From the NCBI GenBank assembly GCA_902595175.1, contig CACJPB010000003.1, positions 47,586-111,585 on the forward strand: DNA of 64,000 nucleotides, read 5' to 3'. Made by a program: the position numbers and the translations under genes. Of the stretch, positions 53,304 through 64,000 are shown in pieces. The stretch's first letter is position 1. The number at the start of each line of letters is the position of its first letter. Source of the stretch: an uncultured Prochlorococcus sp. (GTDB lineage Bacteria; Cyanobacteriota; Cyanobacteriia; PCC-6307; Cyanobiaceae). Under the pieces are notes generated by a model. It was not told where the DNA came from. It saw only the letters and a list, made by a program, of their open reading frames with translations, and ran no database searches.

Positions 53304-53957
53304 ATGGGAGAACTCTCAGTAAGGGAATTGCCGTTATTTCCTTTATCAGATGTAGTCCTTTTTCCTCAAGAAGTATTGCCTTTACATATTTTTGAATCGA
53401 GATATAGGATTATGCTCCAATCTGTACTTGAGAGTGATTCCATGTTTGGAGTCATTAAGTGGGATTCAAATACTAAAAGTATGGCTAATGTTGGATGTTG
53501 CGCACAAATTATAAAACATCAAACTGCAGAAGATGGTAGAAGTAATATTATCACTCTTGGACAACAAAGATTTCAAGTCTTAGAAATTATGCGTTCTACG
53601 CCATTTTGTTCCGCGATGGTTAGTTGGATTAGTGATGACAATATTGATGAATTTCAAAAATTAGATTCTCTAAAAGATTCAGTAAAAGAAGCTCTTAGTG
53701 ATGTTATTAATTTAACAAGTAAATTGACTAATACTAAGAAAAATCTACCTGATAAATTACCTGACAACCCAATGGATTTATCATTTTGGATAGGAGCCCA
53801 TTTAGGGGGTCCTGTTGCGGAGGAACAGCAGAAACTACTTGAGGAAAGAAATACTTTTACCCGTTTGCAAAGAGAATATGAAATGCTTGATCATACAAGA
53901 AAACAACTTGCAGCAAGAACTGCATTAAAAGAAAGTTTTCCTGATAAAGAAAATTAA
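53304..53957 (+). CDS. LON peptidase substrate-binding domain protein
   Basis: LPLFPL..VVLFP...LHIFE.RYR.M Lon N-domain without ATPase or protease domains. Confidence 0.9.
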   Translation: MGELSVRELPLFPLSDVVLFPQEVLPLHIFESRYRIMLQSVLESDSMFGVIKWDSNTKSMANVGCCAQIIKHQTAEDGRSNIITLGQQRFQVLEIMRSTPFCSAMVSWISDDNIDEFQKLDSLKDSVKEALSDVINLTSKLTNTKKNLPDKLPDNPMDLSFWIGAHLGGPVAEEQQKLLEERNTFTRLQREYEMLDHTRKQLAARTALKESFPDKEN

Positions 53958-54893
53958 ATGTTTGAATTGTTATTCCCTTTTTTTTTACTAGTTTTATTCT
54001 TTCTCTTCCTATCTATTATCTGGAGAATTAGTGCTCGGAAATATATTTCTTCGGGTACAGTGGCTTCAGCATATGATGCTTGGACCCAAGATAAATTACT
54101 TGAGAGATTGTGGGGAGAACATATACATTTGGGTTTTTATCCCATAGGGGCGAAAAATATTGATTTTAGGAAGGCAAAAGTTCAGTTTGTTCATGAACTA
54201 ATTAAGTGGAGTGGTTTAGATAAATTGCCAAAGGGATCCAGAATACTCGATGTAGGTTGTGGAATAGGGGGAAGTTCTAGGATTCTTGCAGAATATTATG
54301 GGTTTAATGTTACTGGCATTACGATTAGTCGGGCGCAAGTTAAAAGAGCAAGAGAACTTACTCCTCATTGGCTAAATTGCAACTTCCAAGTTATGGATGC
54401 GTTAGATTTGAAATTTGAAGACGGATCATTTGATGCGGTTTGGAGTGTTGAGGCTGGTGCACACATGAATGATAAAACTAGGTTCGCAGATGAAATGCTG
54501 AGAACTTTAAGACCTGGAGGCTATTTGGCATTGGCTGATTGGAACTCAAGAGACCTAGAGGCATACCCCCCATCATTTTTTGAGAATTTAGTTCTTAAAC
54601 AATTACTTGAACAATGGGTGCATCCTCAATTTATTAGCATTAATGAATTCGGGAACATTCTTAGATCTAACAAAAATAGTTCAGGAAGAGTTATATCTGA
54701 AAATTGGAATTCCTATACAAATCCTTCATGGTACGCCTCTATTATTGAAGGCATTCGAAGACCCTTCACAATTTTGTCTCTTGGCCCATTTGCGCTAGTG
54801 AAGTCGATAAGAGAGATTCCAACAATACTTCTCATGAATTGGGCGTTTAGAAAAGGTCTAATGGAATTTGGAGTTTATAAATGTAGAGGATAA
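53958..54893 (+). CDS. SAM-dependent methyltransferase (MPBQ/MSBQ / gamma-tocopherol MT family)
   Basis: WGEHIHLG, LDVGCGIGGS, FDAVWSVE. Confidence 0.85.
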   Translation: MFELLFPFFLLVLFFLFLSIIWRISARKYISSGTVASAYDAWTQDKLLERLWGEHIHLGFYPIGAKNIDFRKAKVQFVHELIKWSGLDKLPKGSRILDVGCGIGGSSRILAEYYGFNVTGITISRAQVKRARELTPHWLNCNFQVMDALDLKFEDGSFDAVWSVEAGAHMNDKTRFADEMLRTLRPGGYLALADWNSRDLEAYPPSFFENLVLKQLLEQWVHPQFISINEFGNILRSNKNSSGRVISENWNSYTNPSWYASIIEGIRRPFTILSLGPFALVKSIREIPTILLMNWAFRKGLMEFGVYKCRG

Positions 54894-54894
54894 A

Positions 54895-55740
54895 TTAATC
54901 CAATTCAACATTTTCAGAAAAATAATTTCCAAAATCTACAAAATTTTTGCAAAGAGGCTTTATCTTATTTTTTAATGCAGGTATATTTTTAATATTATTT
55001 TGATTATTTATTTCTAAATCGATATAAATTATGTATTCCCCAAATTCTCGTTTTGATGGCCTAGATTCAATTTTACTCATATTATATCCAAAATCTGCAA
55101 TATTTTTAATAGCTTTAAGCAATGCACCAGGTTTATTTGATATTAATGAGAAAGCAAAACTGGCAATATTAGCTAGATTTGAATTTGATTCCTTGCTCAA
55201 TAAGACAAATCTAGTGCAATTACCTGGAACATCATTAATAGGAAATGCTAATTCTTTCAGTCCTTCGATTTGACTTAATGATTTTGAACCGATTGCAGCT
55301 CTGAATTTACTCCCCTTAACCATATTGACAGCTTCTGATGTTGAATTTGTAGGGAGAGGAATTGCATTTGGAAGATTTTCAGATAACCATTCTGAACATT
55401 GAGCTAATGCTTGAGGATGAGATAATACTTCTGAAATGTTTGAAAGTTCTCCGTCACTAATTAATGCATGTTTAATAGGTAAAACAATTGCTTTATTTAT
55501 AAAAATTTCAGGAAATTTCCAAAGGGCGTCTAAAGTGGCAGTAACTCCTCCTTCTACGGAATTTTCTATTGGTACTACAGCAGCATCACAATTGTTGTAA
55601 GCTATTGATTTAATGGCCGATTGTAACCCATTACATGGTACAAATATAGGTGTCTGAAAATTGGCAAGCTTAGATAATATATGAGCTGCTTTTTCTGCGT
55701 AAGTTCCTTTAGGACCTAAATATGCAACTTGTTTGCTCAT
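54895..55740 (-). CDS. pheA: Prephenate dehydratase
   Basis: YLGPKGT, PIENSVEG, SHPQAL, TRF, IESRP. Confidence 0.97.
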   Translation of the reverse strand: MSKQVAYLGPKGTYAEKAAHILSKLANFQTPIFVPCNGLQSAIKSIAYNNCDAAVVPIENSVEGGVTATLDALWKFPEIFINKAIVLPIKHALISDGELSNISEVLSHPQALAQCSEWLSENLPNAIPLPTNSTSEAVNMVKGSKFRAAIGSKSLSQIEGLKELAFPINDVPGNCTRFVLLSKESNSNLANIASFAFSLISNKPGALLKAIKNIADFGYNMSKIESRPSKREFGEYIIYIDLEINNQNNIKNIPALKNKIKPLCKNFVDFGNYFSENVELD

Positions 55741-55790
55741 GATTAATAGAAAAAAAAAGAGATCAAATAAGCATTGGAGGAATATAGGAA

Positions 55791-56309
55791 ATGCTTTTGT
55801 CTTTTGATGCTAAACAGAAACTAAAGCTTTCTGTAACACGTAATAAAGAATATCTTTCTGAATATCTTTTGGAAGAAGAAAGAGTTGTTGGAGCAATGCT
55901 TGACTCCAAAAAATTAGTACCAGAAGGGGTAGGTAGATATAAGTATACAGTAACAAGTTTTAAGGTTTTTCAATTAGATATTAACCCTGTTGTCTCAATT
56001 GCGGTAGAAAATAAAGATGGAATTTTAAAAATGAGTGCCCTTGAAAGTACATTGGATGGTTTGGGGATGATAGATGATTTTAATCTTATTTTGAAAGCGA
56101 ATTTGGAAGCAACTGATATTGGGTTAGAAGGTGAAGCGCTTCTTGGGGTATCTGTAAGCCAACCCCCTATACTGAAGCTGGTGCCAAGGAAAATTCTAGA
56201 ATCTACTGGTCATTCAGTATTAAATGGGATTCTGTTAGGTATAAAATCAAGAGTTCAACAACAACTAGTAAAAGATTTTTTAAATTGGTGTGAGTTAAAA
56301 AAGATTTGA
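55791..56309 (+). CDS. DUF1997 family protein
   Basis: Cyanobacterial conserved pattern 'P..ILESTG..VL.GIL..IK.R..QQLV.DF..W'; position between pheA and rnhB. Confidence 0.7.
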   Translation: MLLSFDAKQKLKLSVTRNKEYLSEYLLEEERVVGAMLDSKKLVPEGVGRYKYTVTSFKVFQLDINPVVSIAVENKDGILKMSALESTLDGLGMIDDFNLILKANLEATDIGLEGEALLGVSVSQPPILKLVPRKILESTGHSVLNGILLGIKSRVQQQLVKDFLNWCELKKI

Positions 56310-56912
56310 TTTTTTTAAAAAACTTTTCCTATGAAGTTTAGTTATTCCATATTTTTTGATTAATGAAAAATGCTCTCTGGTACCATAACCTTTATTTTTA
56401 AATAAATGGTATCCTGAGTATTTATTTTCTAACCTCTCCATTAGATTGTCGCGAGAAACTTTGGCAACTATGCTTGCTGATGCAATCGAAATAAACTTTG
56501 AGTCTCCAGATACTATGTTTCTCTGAATTCCATTCCATGGCCTTAATAATAAGGGGCCATCAATTATTAATTCAGATGGCTTATCTTTTAATTTTTTTAT
56601 GGCTCTTATCATTGAAAGTTCCGTTGCAACTCTGATACCTAACTTATCTATTTCGCTTGACGAAGATTGCCCTATTCCATAATCTGTAGAGAGTAATAAA
56701 ATTTTTGGTAATAGTAATTTTCTTTTTTTGGAAGTTAGTTTTTTACTATCTGTTACTCCAAATTGTTTTAAGATAAATTTATTTTTTTCAGTTAATACTA
56801 CAACTGCTGAAAAAACTGGACCAAAAATTGCTCCCCTTCCAACTTCATCTATTCCAACTTCTGATAATTTATTCAACGCTTGCTGAAGATCTTCTTCTTT
56901 TTTTTCTTGCAT
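56295..56912 (-). CDS. rnhB: Ribonuclease HII
   Basis: [32 protein letters not shown]. Confidence 0.97.
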   Translation of the reverse strand: MQEKKEEDLQQALNKLSEVGIDEVGRGAIFGPVFSAVVVLTEKNKFILKQFGVTDSKKLTSKKRKLLLPKILLLSTDYGIGQSSSSEIDKLGIRVATELSMIRAIKKLKDKPSELIIDGPLLLRPWNGIQRNIVSGDSKFISIASASIVAKVSRDNLMERLENKYSGYHLFKNKGYGTREHFSLIKKYGITKLHRKSFLKKSNLF

Positions 56913-58689
56913 TGTTTAGCTCATCTGAAAGTTCAATTTCATCTTTTTTTTCATTAAATACAACTTCATTATTTTTATTAGTTTTATTTGTTGATTGATC
57001 TTTAGTATTTGTATTTGCTTCAATTTTATTTTGAATGTTTTCTTCTCCCGATTTTGAGATTTTTTTAATTTGTTTTGCTTTTGATTTTTTATTATCTAAG
57101 GGTTTCTCCGATTCCTTACTAATTTCTTTTAAACGCGCAAAATTATTACTGGTGAGATACTCTTTACCTAACTTTATAAGTGGATTAATACCTAATTGAC
57201 TGAAAACAAGTTTTTCTTCATCAGTAAGATCAACTGTTATAAAATTTTTTTCCTTTGAATTTGATTGGTTCAGGGTTTCATTATCATTTTCCTTTTTGTT
57301 AGAAGAATTTTCCTTATTTAGCTCTTTGGAGTTGAGTAGGTCCTTGTTAATTATTTTTTCCTGCTCATCAGTTGATTGAGAAGTATCTATATCAAAAGAT
57401 TTTATATTGTTTGATTGATTAGATTTATTTTCAACATTTTTAATTTCCAAGTTAGAGAGTTCATGATTTAGTATATTTTCTAAATGTCCTGTACCATCGC
57501 ACGTAGAACATTTTTTACCAAATAATTCATATATATTTTGACCTTGTCTTTTTCTGGTTAACTCCACTAAACCTAATTCAGTAAGCTGAGCTATTTGAGG
57601 CTTAGCAGAATCATCTCTTATCGCTGAGGTGAAATGTTCAAGTAACTGAAATTGATCTCTTCTAGATTCCATATCAATAAAATCTACTACGATAACCCCA
57701 CCAATATTTCTTAATTTCATTTGTCTTGAGATTTCAACGGCTGCTTCGCAATTTGTCCATAAAACTGTTTGTCTGGAGTTGGCTGATCTTGTAAATGATC
57801 CTGAGTTTACATCAATTACAGTTAAAGCTTCAGTAGGTTCAATTATTATATAACCCCCTGAAGGAAGTTCTACTCTTGGCTGAAGGGCTTTTTGAATTGT
57901 GTTCTTAATTTCGTATTTCTCAAAAATATGTTGATTTAAACTGTTATCGTGAAATTCAATATCAATATCAGATTCATAATTTATTAAAAAGTCTTTTGCC
58001 TTTGAAACTGATAATTTATTATCGATAATTATGTTTTTAGTTGATTCTTTTACATGATCTCTTAAGATCTTAAGAGAGAAATCATCATCTCTTTTTACTA
58101 AATTTGGCGGATTAGTAGCCTCAGAAACTTTTAGTACATTTTCCCATTGTTGAATTAAATGTTCTAAGTCTTCAATTAGAAGTTCTTCTTTTACCTTTTC
58201 AGCCTCTGTTCTAAATAACAATCCAGTGCTGGGTGGTTTTATTAAAACCCCAAGAGCTTTCAAACGGCTTCGTTCTGTTTCTGTATTTATTTTTCTTGAA
58301 ATATTTACTCCTTGGCCATAAGGCTGTAATATTAAGTATTTTCCTGGGATTGAGATACTTCCTGTTAGTCTAGGGCCTTTAGATCCTGTGGGTTCCTTTA
58401 TTACCTGTACTAGAACTTTTTGTCTTGGTTCTAATAATTCAGTTATTCCAAATGTCCCTTTTTTGAGTCTTAGTGGACCTAAATCTGAAACATGGATAAA
58501 TCCATTTTTATCACTTTCACCAATATTTATGAAAGCGGCATCAATACCAGGGAGGACATTTTCAACTGTTCCTAAAAAAATATCGCCAATTTGATATTGA
58601 CCTTGTGCGACGATTAGTTCATCAACTCGATCATCTGTGAGTAGTGCTGCAATTCGAGCCTGCTCAGCGATGATAATTTGCTGAGTCAT
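56869..58689 (-). CDS. rne: Ribonuclease E
   Basis: S1 domain, [22 protein letters not shown]-terminal RKKRRRSSA. Confidence 0.97.
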   Translation of the reverse strand: MTQQIIIAEQARIAALLTDDRVDELIVAQGQYQIGDIFLGTVENVLPGIDAAFINIGESDKNGFIHVSDLGPLRLKKGTFGITELLEPRQKVLVQVIKEPTGSKGPRLTGSISIPGKYLILQPYGQGVNISRKINTETERSRLKALGVLIKPPSTGLLFRTEAEKVKEELLIEDLEHLIQQWENVLKVSEATNPPNLVKRDDDFSLKILRDHVKESTKNIIIDNKLSVSKAKDFLINYESDIDIEFHDNSLNQHIFEKYEIKNTIQKALQPRVELPSGGYIIIEPTEALTVIDVNSGSFTRSANSRQTVLWTNCEAAVEISRQMKLRNIGGVIVVDFIDMESRRDQFQLLEHFTSAIRDDSAKPQIAQLTELGLVELTRKRQGQNIYELFGKKCSTCDGTGHLENILNHELSNLEIKNVENKSNQSNNIKSFDIDTSQSTDEQEKIINKDLLNSKELNKENSSNKKENDNETLNQSNSKEKNFITVDLTDEEKLVFSQLGINPLIKLGKEYLTSNNFARLKEISKESEKPLDNKKSKAKQIKKISKSGEENIQNKIEANTNTKDQSTNKTNKNNEVVFNEKKDEIELSDELNNARKKRRRSSASVE

Positions 58690-58984
58690 ATAATTGATTC
58701 TGAATGATTTGGATTTTGAAAATCATCTAAATTAAAGAATTAGATAATTATTTTTTAATAAAGCAATTTTATAGCTATTGTTATTTACTTTTTAAAATTA
58801 ATAAAGTTAAATAGTGATTGAATTCTACTATTTATGAAGCTTTGACGATTTTCAAACTATTTGAAATTGAATTAAAAGCTATGATTATCTCTTAATTTAA
58901 TCATAACTAGAATAATATTAACATCTAATCACCACTAAAGCACGTTGATACATTATCCTAATATTGGTTTAATTTTTATCTAAA

Positions 58985-60211
58985 GTGGTTCAAGTAAACG
59001 AAAACTATTTAAAACTCAAAGCAGGCTATTTATTCCCTGAAATTGCTAAAAGGGTAAAAATGTATTCTCAATTAAACAAGAATGCTGAAATTATTAAGCT
59101 TGGCATAGGAGATGTTACAGAACCATTACCTAGAGCATGTTTACAGGCTATGAGTAAAGCTTTAGATGAAATGGCCACGAAAGATGGTTTCAGAGGTTAT
59201 GGACCTGAACAAGGTTATTCTTGGCTCAGAGAAAAAATATCTGAGCATGATTTTATTTCGAGAGGCTGTCAAATTTCACCTGAAGAAATATTTGTTTCAG
59301 ATGGATCTAAATGTGATAGTAGTAATATTTTAGATATTCTTGGCAAAGATAATTCAATTGCTGTAACAGATCCTGTTTACCCTGTTTACGTGGATAGTAA
59401 TGTTATGACAGGTAGAACTGGAGATGCTCTTGAAAATGGTACCTATAAAGGATTGACATATCTTGCAATAAACGAGGAAAATAACTTTCTGCCAGAACTA
59501 CCTGAAAAAAAAGTTGATATTTTATATCTTTGTTTTCCTAACAATCCCACCGGAGCAACGATTAATAAAGAGGCATTAAAAAAGTGGGTTGACTATGCAC
59601 TTCAAAATAAATCTCTAATACTTTTTGATGCAGCTTATGAAGCATTTATTCAAGATAATGATGTTCCTCATTCAATATATGAGATTGAGGGGGCAAAAGA
59701 TTGTGCTATTGAATTTAGATCTTTTTCAAAGAATGCAGGATTCACTGGAGTTAGATGTGCTTTTACAGTCGTACCTAAAAATCTCAAAGGTTTGAGCTCA
59801 ACAAATGAGGAAATAGATTTATGGTCTCTTTGGAATAGGCGACAATCTACAAAGTTTAATGGAGTAAGTTATGTGGTTCAGAGAGGAGCAGAGGCTGTTT
59901 ATTCTCTTGAAGGAAAGAAACAGGTGAAAGGTTTAATTGATTTTTATATAGAAAATGCAAAAATTATGAAAAATAAACTTCAGAATGCTGGATATAAAGT
60001 TTATGGTGGGGACAATGCTCCTTATATCTGGATTAAAGTTCCTGATCAAATGACATCTTGGGACTTTTTTGATTTCCTTCTCCAAAAAGTTAGTGTAGTA
60101 GGAACACCTGGGAGCGGATTTGGATTATCAGGAGAAGGTTATTTTCGTTTGTCAGCATTTAACTCACGATCAAATGTCATTGATGCAATGGAAAGAATAA
60201 TTAATATATAA
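58985..60211 (+). CDS. dapL: LL-diaminopimelate aminotransferase
   Basis: [33 protein letters not shown]. Confidence 0.97.
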   Translation: MVQVNENYLKLKAGYLFPEIAKRVKMYSQLNKNAEIIKLGIGDVTEPLPRACLQAMSKALDEMATKDGFRGYGPEQGYSWLREKISEHDFISRGCQISPEEIFVSDGSKCDSSNILDILGKDNSIAVTDPVYPVYVDSNVMTGRTGDALENGTYKGLTYLAINEENNFLPELPEKKVDILYLCFPNNPTGATINKEALKKWVDYALQNKSLILFDAAYEAFIQDNDVPHSIYEIEGAKDCAIEFRSFSKNAGFTGVRCAFTVVPKNLKGLSSTNEEIDLWSLWNRRQSTKFNGVSYVVQRGAEAVYSLEGKKQVKGLIDFYIENAKIMKNKLQNAGYKVYGGDNAPYIWIKVPDQMTSWDFFDFLLQKVSVVGTPGSGFGLSGEGYFRLSAFNSRSNVIDAMERIINI

Positions 60212-60242
60212 TTATTAATATTATTTAGATAATAAAATTTCA

Positions 60243-60560
60243 ATGCTATCCATAAAGTTAGAACAAAGTGCAAATAATAATTCAGCAGTTATTGAAAAGA
60301 AACCTGCTGAATTAAAAAATAAATCTCCAAAATATAAGGTTTTACTTCATAATGACCCAGTTAATTCTATGGAGTATGTCACTATTTCACTTCGAGAAGT
60401 TGTTCCGCAATTAAGTGAACAAGATGCAATTGCAATAATGCTTGAAGCGCACAATACGGGTGTGGGTCTAGTAATTGTTTGTGATTTAGAGCCAGCAGAA
60501 TTCTACTCAGAATCATTAAAATCTAAAGGAATTTCTAGTTCAATTGAGAAAGAGGATTAA
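60243..60560 (+). CDS. clpS: ClpS adaptor
   Basis: YKVLLHND..N.MEYV, MLEAH..G. Confidence 0.95.
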   Translation: MLSIKLEQSANNNSAVIEKKPAELKNKSPKYKVLLHNDPVNSMEYVTISLREVVPQLSEQDAIAIMLEAHNTGVGLVIVCDLEPAEFYSESLKSKGISSSIEKED

Positions 60561-60572
60561 TATCGGTTGAAT

Positions 60573-62195
60573 TTATCCTTTAGAGTGAACTAATTTCCTT
60601 TCTGATAAAGGACGGACTTTTAGGGATTCTTTTAAGGAAGACTTTCCATATTCTCTTTCTAGAATGTCGATAACTGTTTTGCCAAATTCGTCTTCTGGAT
60701 TATCAAAAGCTTCTAAGCAAACCTGACCAAGTTTTTTCCCTAGGGACCCTGGATTCCAAAGAAGTTTTCTCGCTGTCCAGGGCATCATGCTCATTGGATT
60801 ATAGTTTGGCTTCAAAATTTTATGTTCCAAAGCGTACTTCTCAAGGAGAGTGTGAGGTTGCAAACCTATAAAGAATATAGCTGGATCAACTAAGCCTTTA
60901 CCAAAAATATTTTCTAATTCTCTATGGTAAGCAATTGTTTGCCTTATGGTGTTGGGCGTCTCATCAAAAACATTAAATGAATAATTGACTGAAACATGAT
61001 TCTTGAAACCTGATTTGACTAGCATTCTGCAATTATTTAAGACAGTTTCAAGGTCATAAGCTAATCTCATTTTTCTAACAAGTTCTTGAGATCCCGAGGT
61101 GATACCTATTTCAAAATAGCTCATACCTGTATCAACCATAAGCTGAGCTAGCTCAGCATCAATATTATCTGCTCTTATGTATGCAGCCCAATTAATATCG
61201 TCCCAGCCTTGATCCTTAATTGCTTGCAAAAGTGTTTTTGCATCTTCAATATGTTTTTTGGCTGGAATAAACTGTGCATCTGTGAACCAAAATCCCCTTA
61301 CTCCAAGATCATATAATTGCTTCATTTCTTTGATTACTTCCTTGACAGGATTGACGCGAACCTGCTTCCCCTCCACAACCGTGTAAACACAGAAACAACA
61401 GTTATGAGGACAACCTCTTTTTGTTTGTACCCCTACGTAATAATCGCCACCTTCAATATACCAGTCGAATTCAGGCCATATTGATTTAATATAATTGTAG
61501 TTGCAAGCAGTTTTAACAGTACCCGAAGGTTGTTCATGGATTAATTTGTTCCGAGGTTTTTGTCCGGCAATGTAACATCTTTCTTCTTCTATTGAATCTC
61601 CTCTAATGATTTTTTCTATGAGATTTTCTCCCTCTCCTACTGAAATAACCGTTCCTTTTGGGAGTAAATTTCCCAATTGTTCATAGAAGACACTAACCGC
61701 CCCACCTCCTAAAATTACTTTTACATTTTTATTGTATTTTTGAGCTCTTTTTAGTCCCATCTTGACTAAAGAAGTATTTCTAAATATTTCTCCATAATGA
61801 GATGCAATTAATTTTAATCCTCCCCAGGAACCTCTAATTTTTTTAAGGATATTTTTTGAGTAGAAAACTTCAAAAGAGTTTTGTAAGGGATTTCCACTTC
61901 TACCATCAACAGGTGCATAAATTTGTATATCTCTCCATGAAAAAATGATCAGATGTGGTCTAAATTGATCAATTTTTCTAGCTAAATATTTGGAAACTTT
62001 ATTAGATGGAATTATTGCTAGATCAATGAATTGCTGCTCTAAACCTGGAAAACATTTATGAATATGGTCTGCTAAATAAATAGGTCCTATTGGGAATATT
62101 GGATTACATGGCAATCTTACAGTTAGTATTTTGCCATAGTGCTTTCTTGGGTTATTTTTTTTATTTAATTTTTCGAACTTCAAATTAAAATTCAT
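60573..62195 (-). CDS. B12-binding-type radical SAM protein (cyanobacterial Slr0320-like, PSII high-light acclimation)
   Basis: TKRGCPHNCCFC CxxxCxxC motif; 'VRLPCNPIFPIGPIYLAD' N-terminus. Confidence 0.85.
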   Translation of the reverse strand: MNFNLKFEKLNKKNNPRKHYGKILTVRLPCNPIFPIGPIYLADHIHKCFPGLEQQFIDLAIIPSNKVSKYLARKIDQFRPHLIIFSWRDIQIYAPVDGRSGNPLQNSFEVFYSKNILKKIRGSWGGLKLIASHYGEIFRNTSLVKMGLKRAQKYNKNVKVILGGGAVSVFYEQLGNLLPKGTVISVGEGENLIEKIIRGDSIEEERCYIAGQKPRNKLIHEQPSGTVKTACNYNYIKSIWPEFDWYIEGGDYYVGVQTKRGCPHNCCFCVYTVVEGKQVRVNPVKEVIKEMKQLYDLGVRGFWFTDAQFIPAKKHIEDAKTLLQAIKDQGWDDINWAAYIRADNIDAELAQLMVDTGMSYFEIGITSGSQELVRKMRLAYDLETVLNNCRMLVKSGFKNHVSVNYSFNVFDETPNTIRQTIAYHRELENIFGKGLVDPAIFFIGLQPHTLLEKYALEHKILKPNYNPMSMMPWTARKLLWNPGSLGKKLGQVCLEAFDNPEDEFGKTVIDILEREYGKSSLKESLKVRPLSERKLVHSKG

Positions 62196-62300
62196 GTTAT
62201 GAAAATTAATGAATATATTTCCTTTAAGAATCTAACTAGTTTATAACTAATTTGGAGAAATAAAAAATCTAAGAAAATAATCACGAAAATTTGATTTAAT

Positions 62301-63407
62301 TCAGATATCAGAAATCATATAAATCCAGCATACCTTTAGAAGTTTTAATCCATCTATCCATCTAGATATATTTGGTGCGCCAGATCTTCTAGCATAATAT
62401 CTAACAGGATAATTTAGTATTTTAATATTGTTGCTCGCAGCTTCAAATATTATTGTAAAGTCTCCAAATGGGTCAGATTTGGAATCCCAACTTCCGTTTT
62501 GCTCCATAAGTTTAAAGAATTTTCTTGAAAAAACTTTTGTTCCGCAGAGTGAATCTGATACAGACTTATTTATGAGAATTGATAGAAATATTGCGAAGAG
62601 TCTATTCCCTATATAATTTGCCCATCTCATCGCATCTTTTTCCATTGGAAAAGTTATTCGGGCGCAATTAATTAGTATATTTTTATTTTTGGTTGATTCC
62701 ATAATTGCTGCAATGCTGTCATCAATATCTACAGTAAAATCACTATCAATTATGGCAAGGGTCTCACCTGAAGAAATATTAAATCCCTCTACGACTGCAT
62801 TTTTCTTCCCTTTAAAAGTCTGTTTTAAAAGGGATATCTTGAAGAAATTTGAGTAATTTTCTTTTAACTCTTTTAAAATTTCATATGTATTGTCATTGCT
62901 ATTACCTTCTACAAATATAATTTCTAATTTATTGGGTATATTTTTGAATTTGTTTAAAGCATTAATTAAAAGCTCTTTATTACCAGCTTCATTTCTTGCA
63001 GGAATGACTATTGATATTAAATGTTCAGAATTATTTTCACTGTATTTATAAAAAACTATTTCTATTTCATAAGCGAGTTGTTTTAGGATTGGTATTTTAC
63101 GAAAGATATTTTTAATAGGTTGTGGAATTACCTTAGTGGGAATAGGAGTTAGTTTTTTTGCTTTCCATCTAATTGATCTGTAGTTATAAATTTCTGCTAG
63201 AGATTCGATATCACTTAAAGTTATTCTTGCTTTGCTAGTAGTTTCTCTAAAAATTCTTGAATCTAATCTTAGCCATCTAGTGATTGGCTCCCAAGTATTA
63301 CCACGGACTTTAATAGAAATATATTCATTATTGTCTTTGAATAATTGATGAAGTTCATTATTAGTTAAATTCCAACTATTAACAGATCTCATTATTAAAG
63401 ATAACAA
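62301..63407 (-). CDS. GT2 glycosyltransferase with an N-terminal extension
   Basis: IVIPARNE, FVEGNSND, DSD (DxD), DSLCGTK, DPFGDF. Confidence 0.85.
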   Translation of the reverse strand: MLSLIMRSVNSWNLTNNELHQLFKDNNEYISIKVRGNTWEPITRWLRLDSRIFRETTSKARITLSDIESLAEIYNYRSIRWKAKKLTPIPTKVIPQPIKNIFRKIPILKQLAYEIEIVFYKYSENNSEHLISIVIPARNEAGNKELLINALNKFKNIPNKLEIIFVEGNSNDNTYEILKELKENYSNFFKISLLKQTFKGKKNAVVEGFNISSGETLAIIDSDFTVDIDDSIAAIMESTKNKNILINCARITFPMEKDAMRWANYIGNRLFAIFLSILINKSVSDSLCGTKVFSRKFFKLMEQNGSWDSKSDPFGDFTIIFEAASNNIKILNYPVRYYARRSGAPNISRWIDGLKLLKVCWIYMISDI

Positions 63408-63432
63408 TCGACAACCATTATAAATAGATTAT

Positions 63433-64000
63433 TTACTTTTTTAATATTAATTTCCATGGATTTAAAACATCATTTTCGTATATCACTTCATAAGAATCAT
63501 CATTATTTTTTATTGTTTTAAGGTCAGTTGTCCATGCTAATTCAGATTTTTTTAACTGATTAATACTTCCTAATCCCACACCTAATTTAGGAGTTGATAA
63601 AGAAATCCTGATAATTTTTGATTGCGCTAGAGAGTTGTTGATTCCATTTTTATCAACCATGATCGTTTGATTTTTTACTAAATCAAGGGATGATACATAT
63701 TCCATTTTTTCTCTTAGTTCTCTAGATCTATCAGTAAATAACCCTGATTGCAAAATTAATGAAGTGAATAAGTAAGGCCCAAGTATGAGAGTTATTAATA
63801 TTTCTTTGAACGAATTTTTATGTCTTATGAACGACCAAGATAAGCTGAAAGATAATAATCCAAGAATCATAAATGTATTTTCCTTTGTATTAAAGTTAAT
63901 TGCATCTTTAAAGAAAAAATAATATGTGAAAGTTAGAGCAAAAATAAATAATGGAATTATTTTTGAAGTTATAAATAAAAAAATTTGCTTATATCTTTTA
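63433..64000 (-). CDS. 3' part of a polytopic membrane protein, probably an ArnT/PMT-family glycosyltransferase (runs off window)
   Basis: The frame stays open to the window edge (KRYKQIFLFITSKIIPLLFIFALTFTYY...) with several TMs then a soluble tail; the family is inferred from the adjacent GT2 only. Confidence 0.5.
   Translation of the reverse strand, partial: KRYKQIFLFITSKIIPLFIFALTFTYYFFFKDAINFNTKENTFMILGLLSFSLSWSFIRHKNSFKEILITLILGPYLFTSLILQSGLFTDRSRELREKMEYVSSLDLVKNQTIMVDKNGINNSLAQSKIIRISLSTPKLGVGLGSINQLKKSELAWTTDLKTIKNNDDSYEVIYENDVLNPWKLILKK

Noticed and set aside
11258-58594. Many short antisense or overlapping ORFs in the ORF track (e.g. 13038-13331, 45485-45808, 46911-47321, 47933-48472, 49992-50294)
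   Set aside because: They are shadows of strongly conserved genes on the opposite strand or frame and have no recognisable motifs.

Overview
AT-rich picocyanobacterial chromosome segment, most likely a high-light Prochlorococcus. This is inferred from the PsaA/PsaB/PsaL sequences, gene order and very short intergenic spacers. The window is mostly core genome: recA, tRNA-Gln, the large ribosomal protein cluster (rplC to prfA), alr, tRNA-Ser, a cbiG-cobJ fusion, psaAB, psaIL, lipA, Fd-GOGAT, the rpsL-rpsG-fusA-tuf-rpsJ operon, rne/rnhB, dapL, clpS and the start of a glycosyltransferase locus. The main accessory feature is an exactly 1800-bp insertion at the 3' end of tRNA-Ser(GCT), about 27953-29765. 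It is bounded by a duplicated tRNA 3' end and encodes no integrase. Both ends carry an identical 27-bp block of tandem 12-bp arm-like repeats and a roughly 45-48-bp imperfect subterminal inverted repeat. Its cargo is two divergent, unknown exported proteins. It looks like a minimal non-autonomous (tycheposon-like) integrative cassette. Other points of interest are a serine-resolvase homologue lacking the catalytic serine, a cysteine-free L36 inside the core operon, and several structured leaders. All functional calls come from recognising sequence and motifs by eye; no searches were run.
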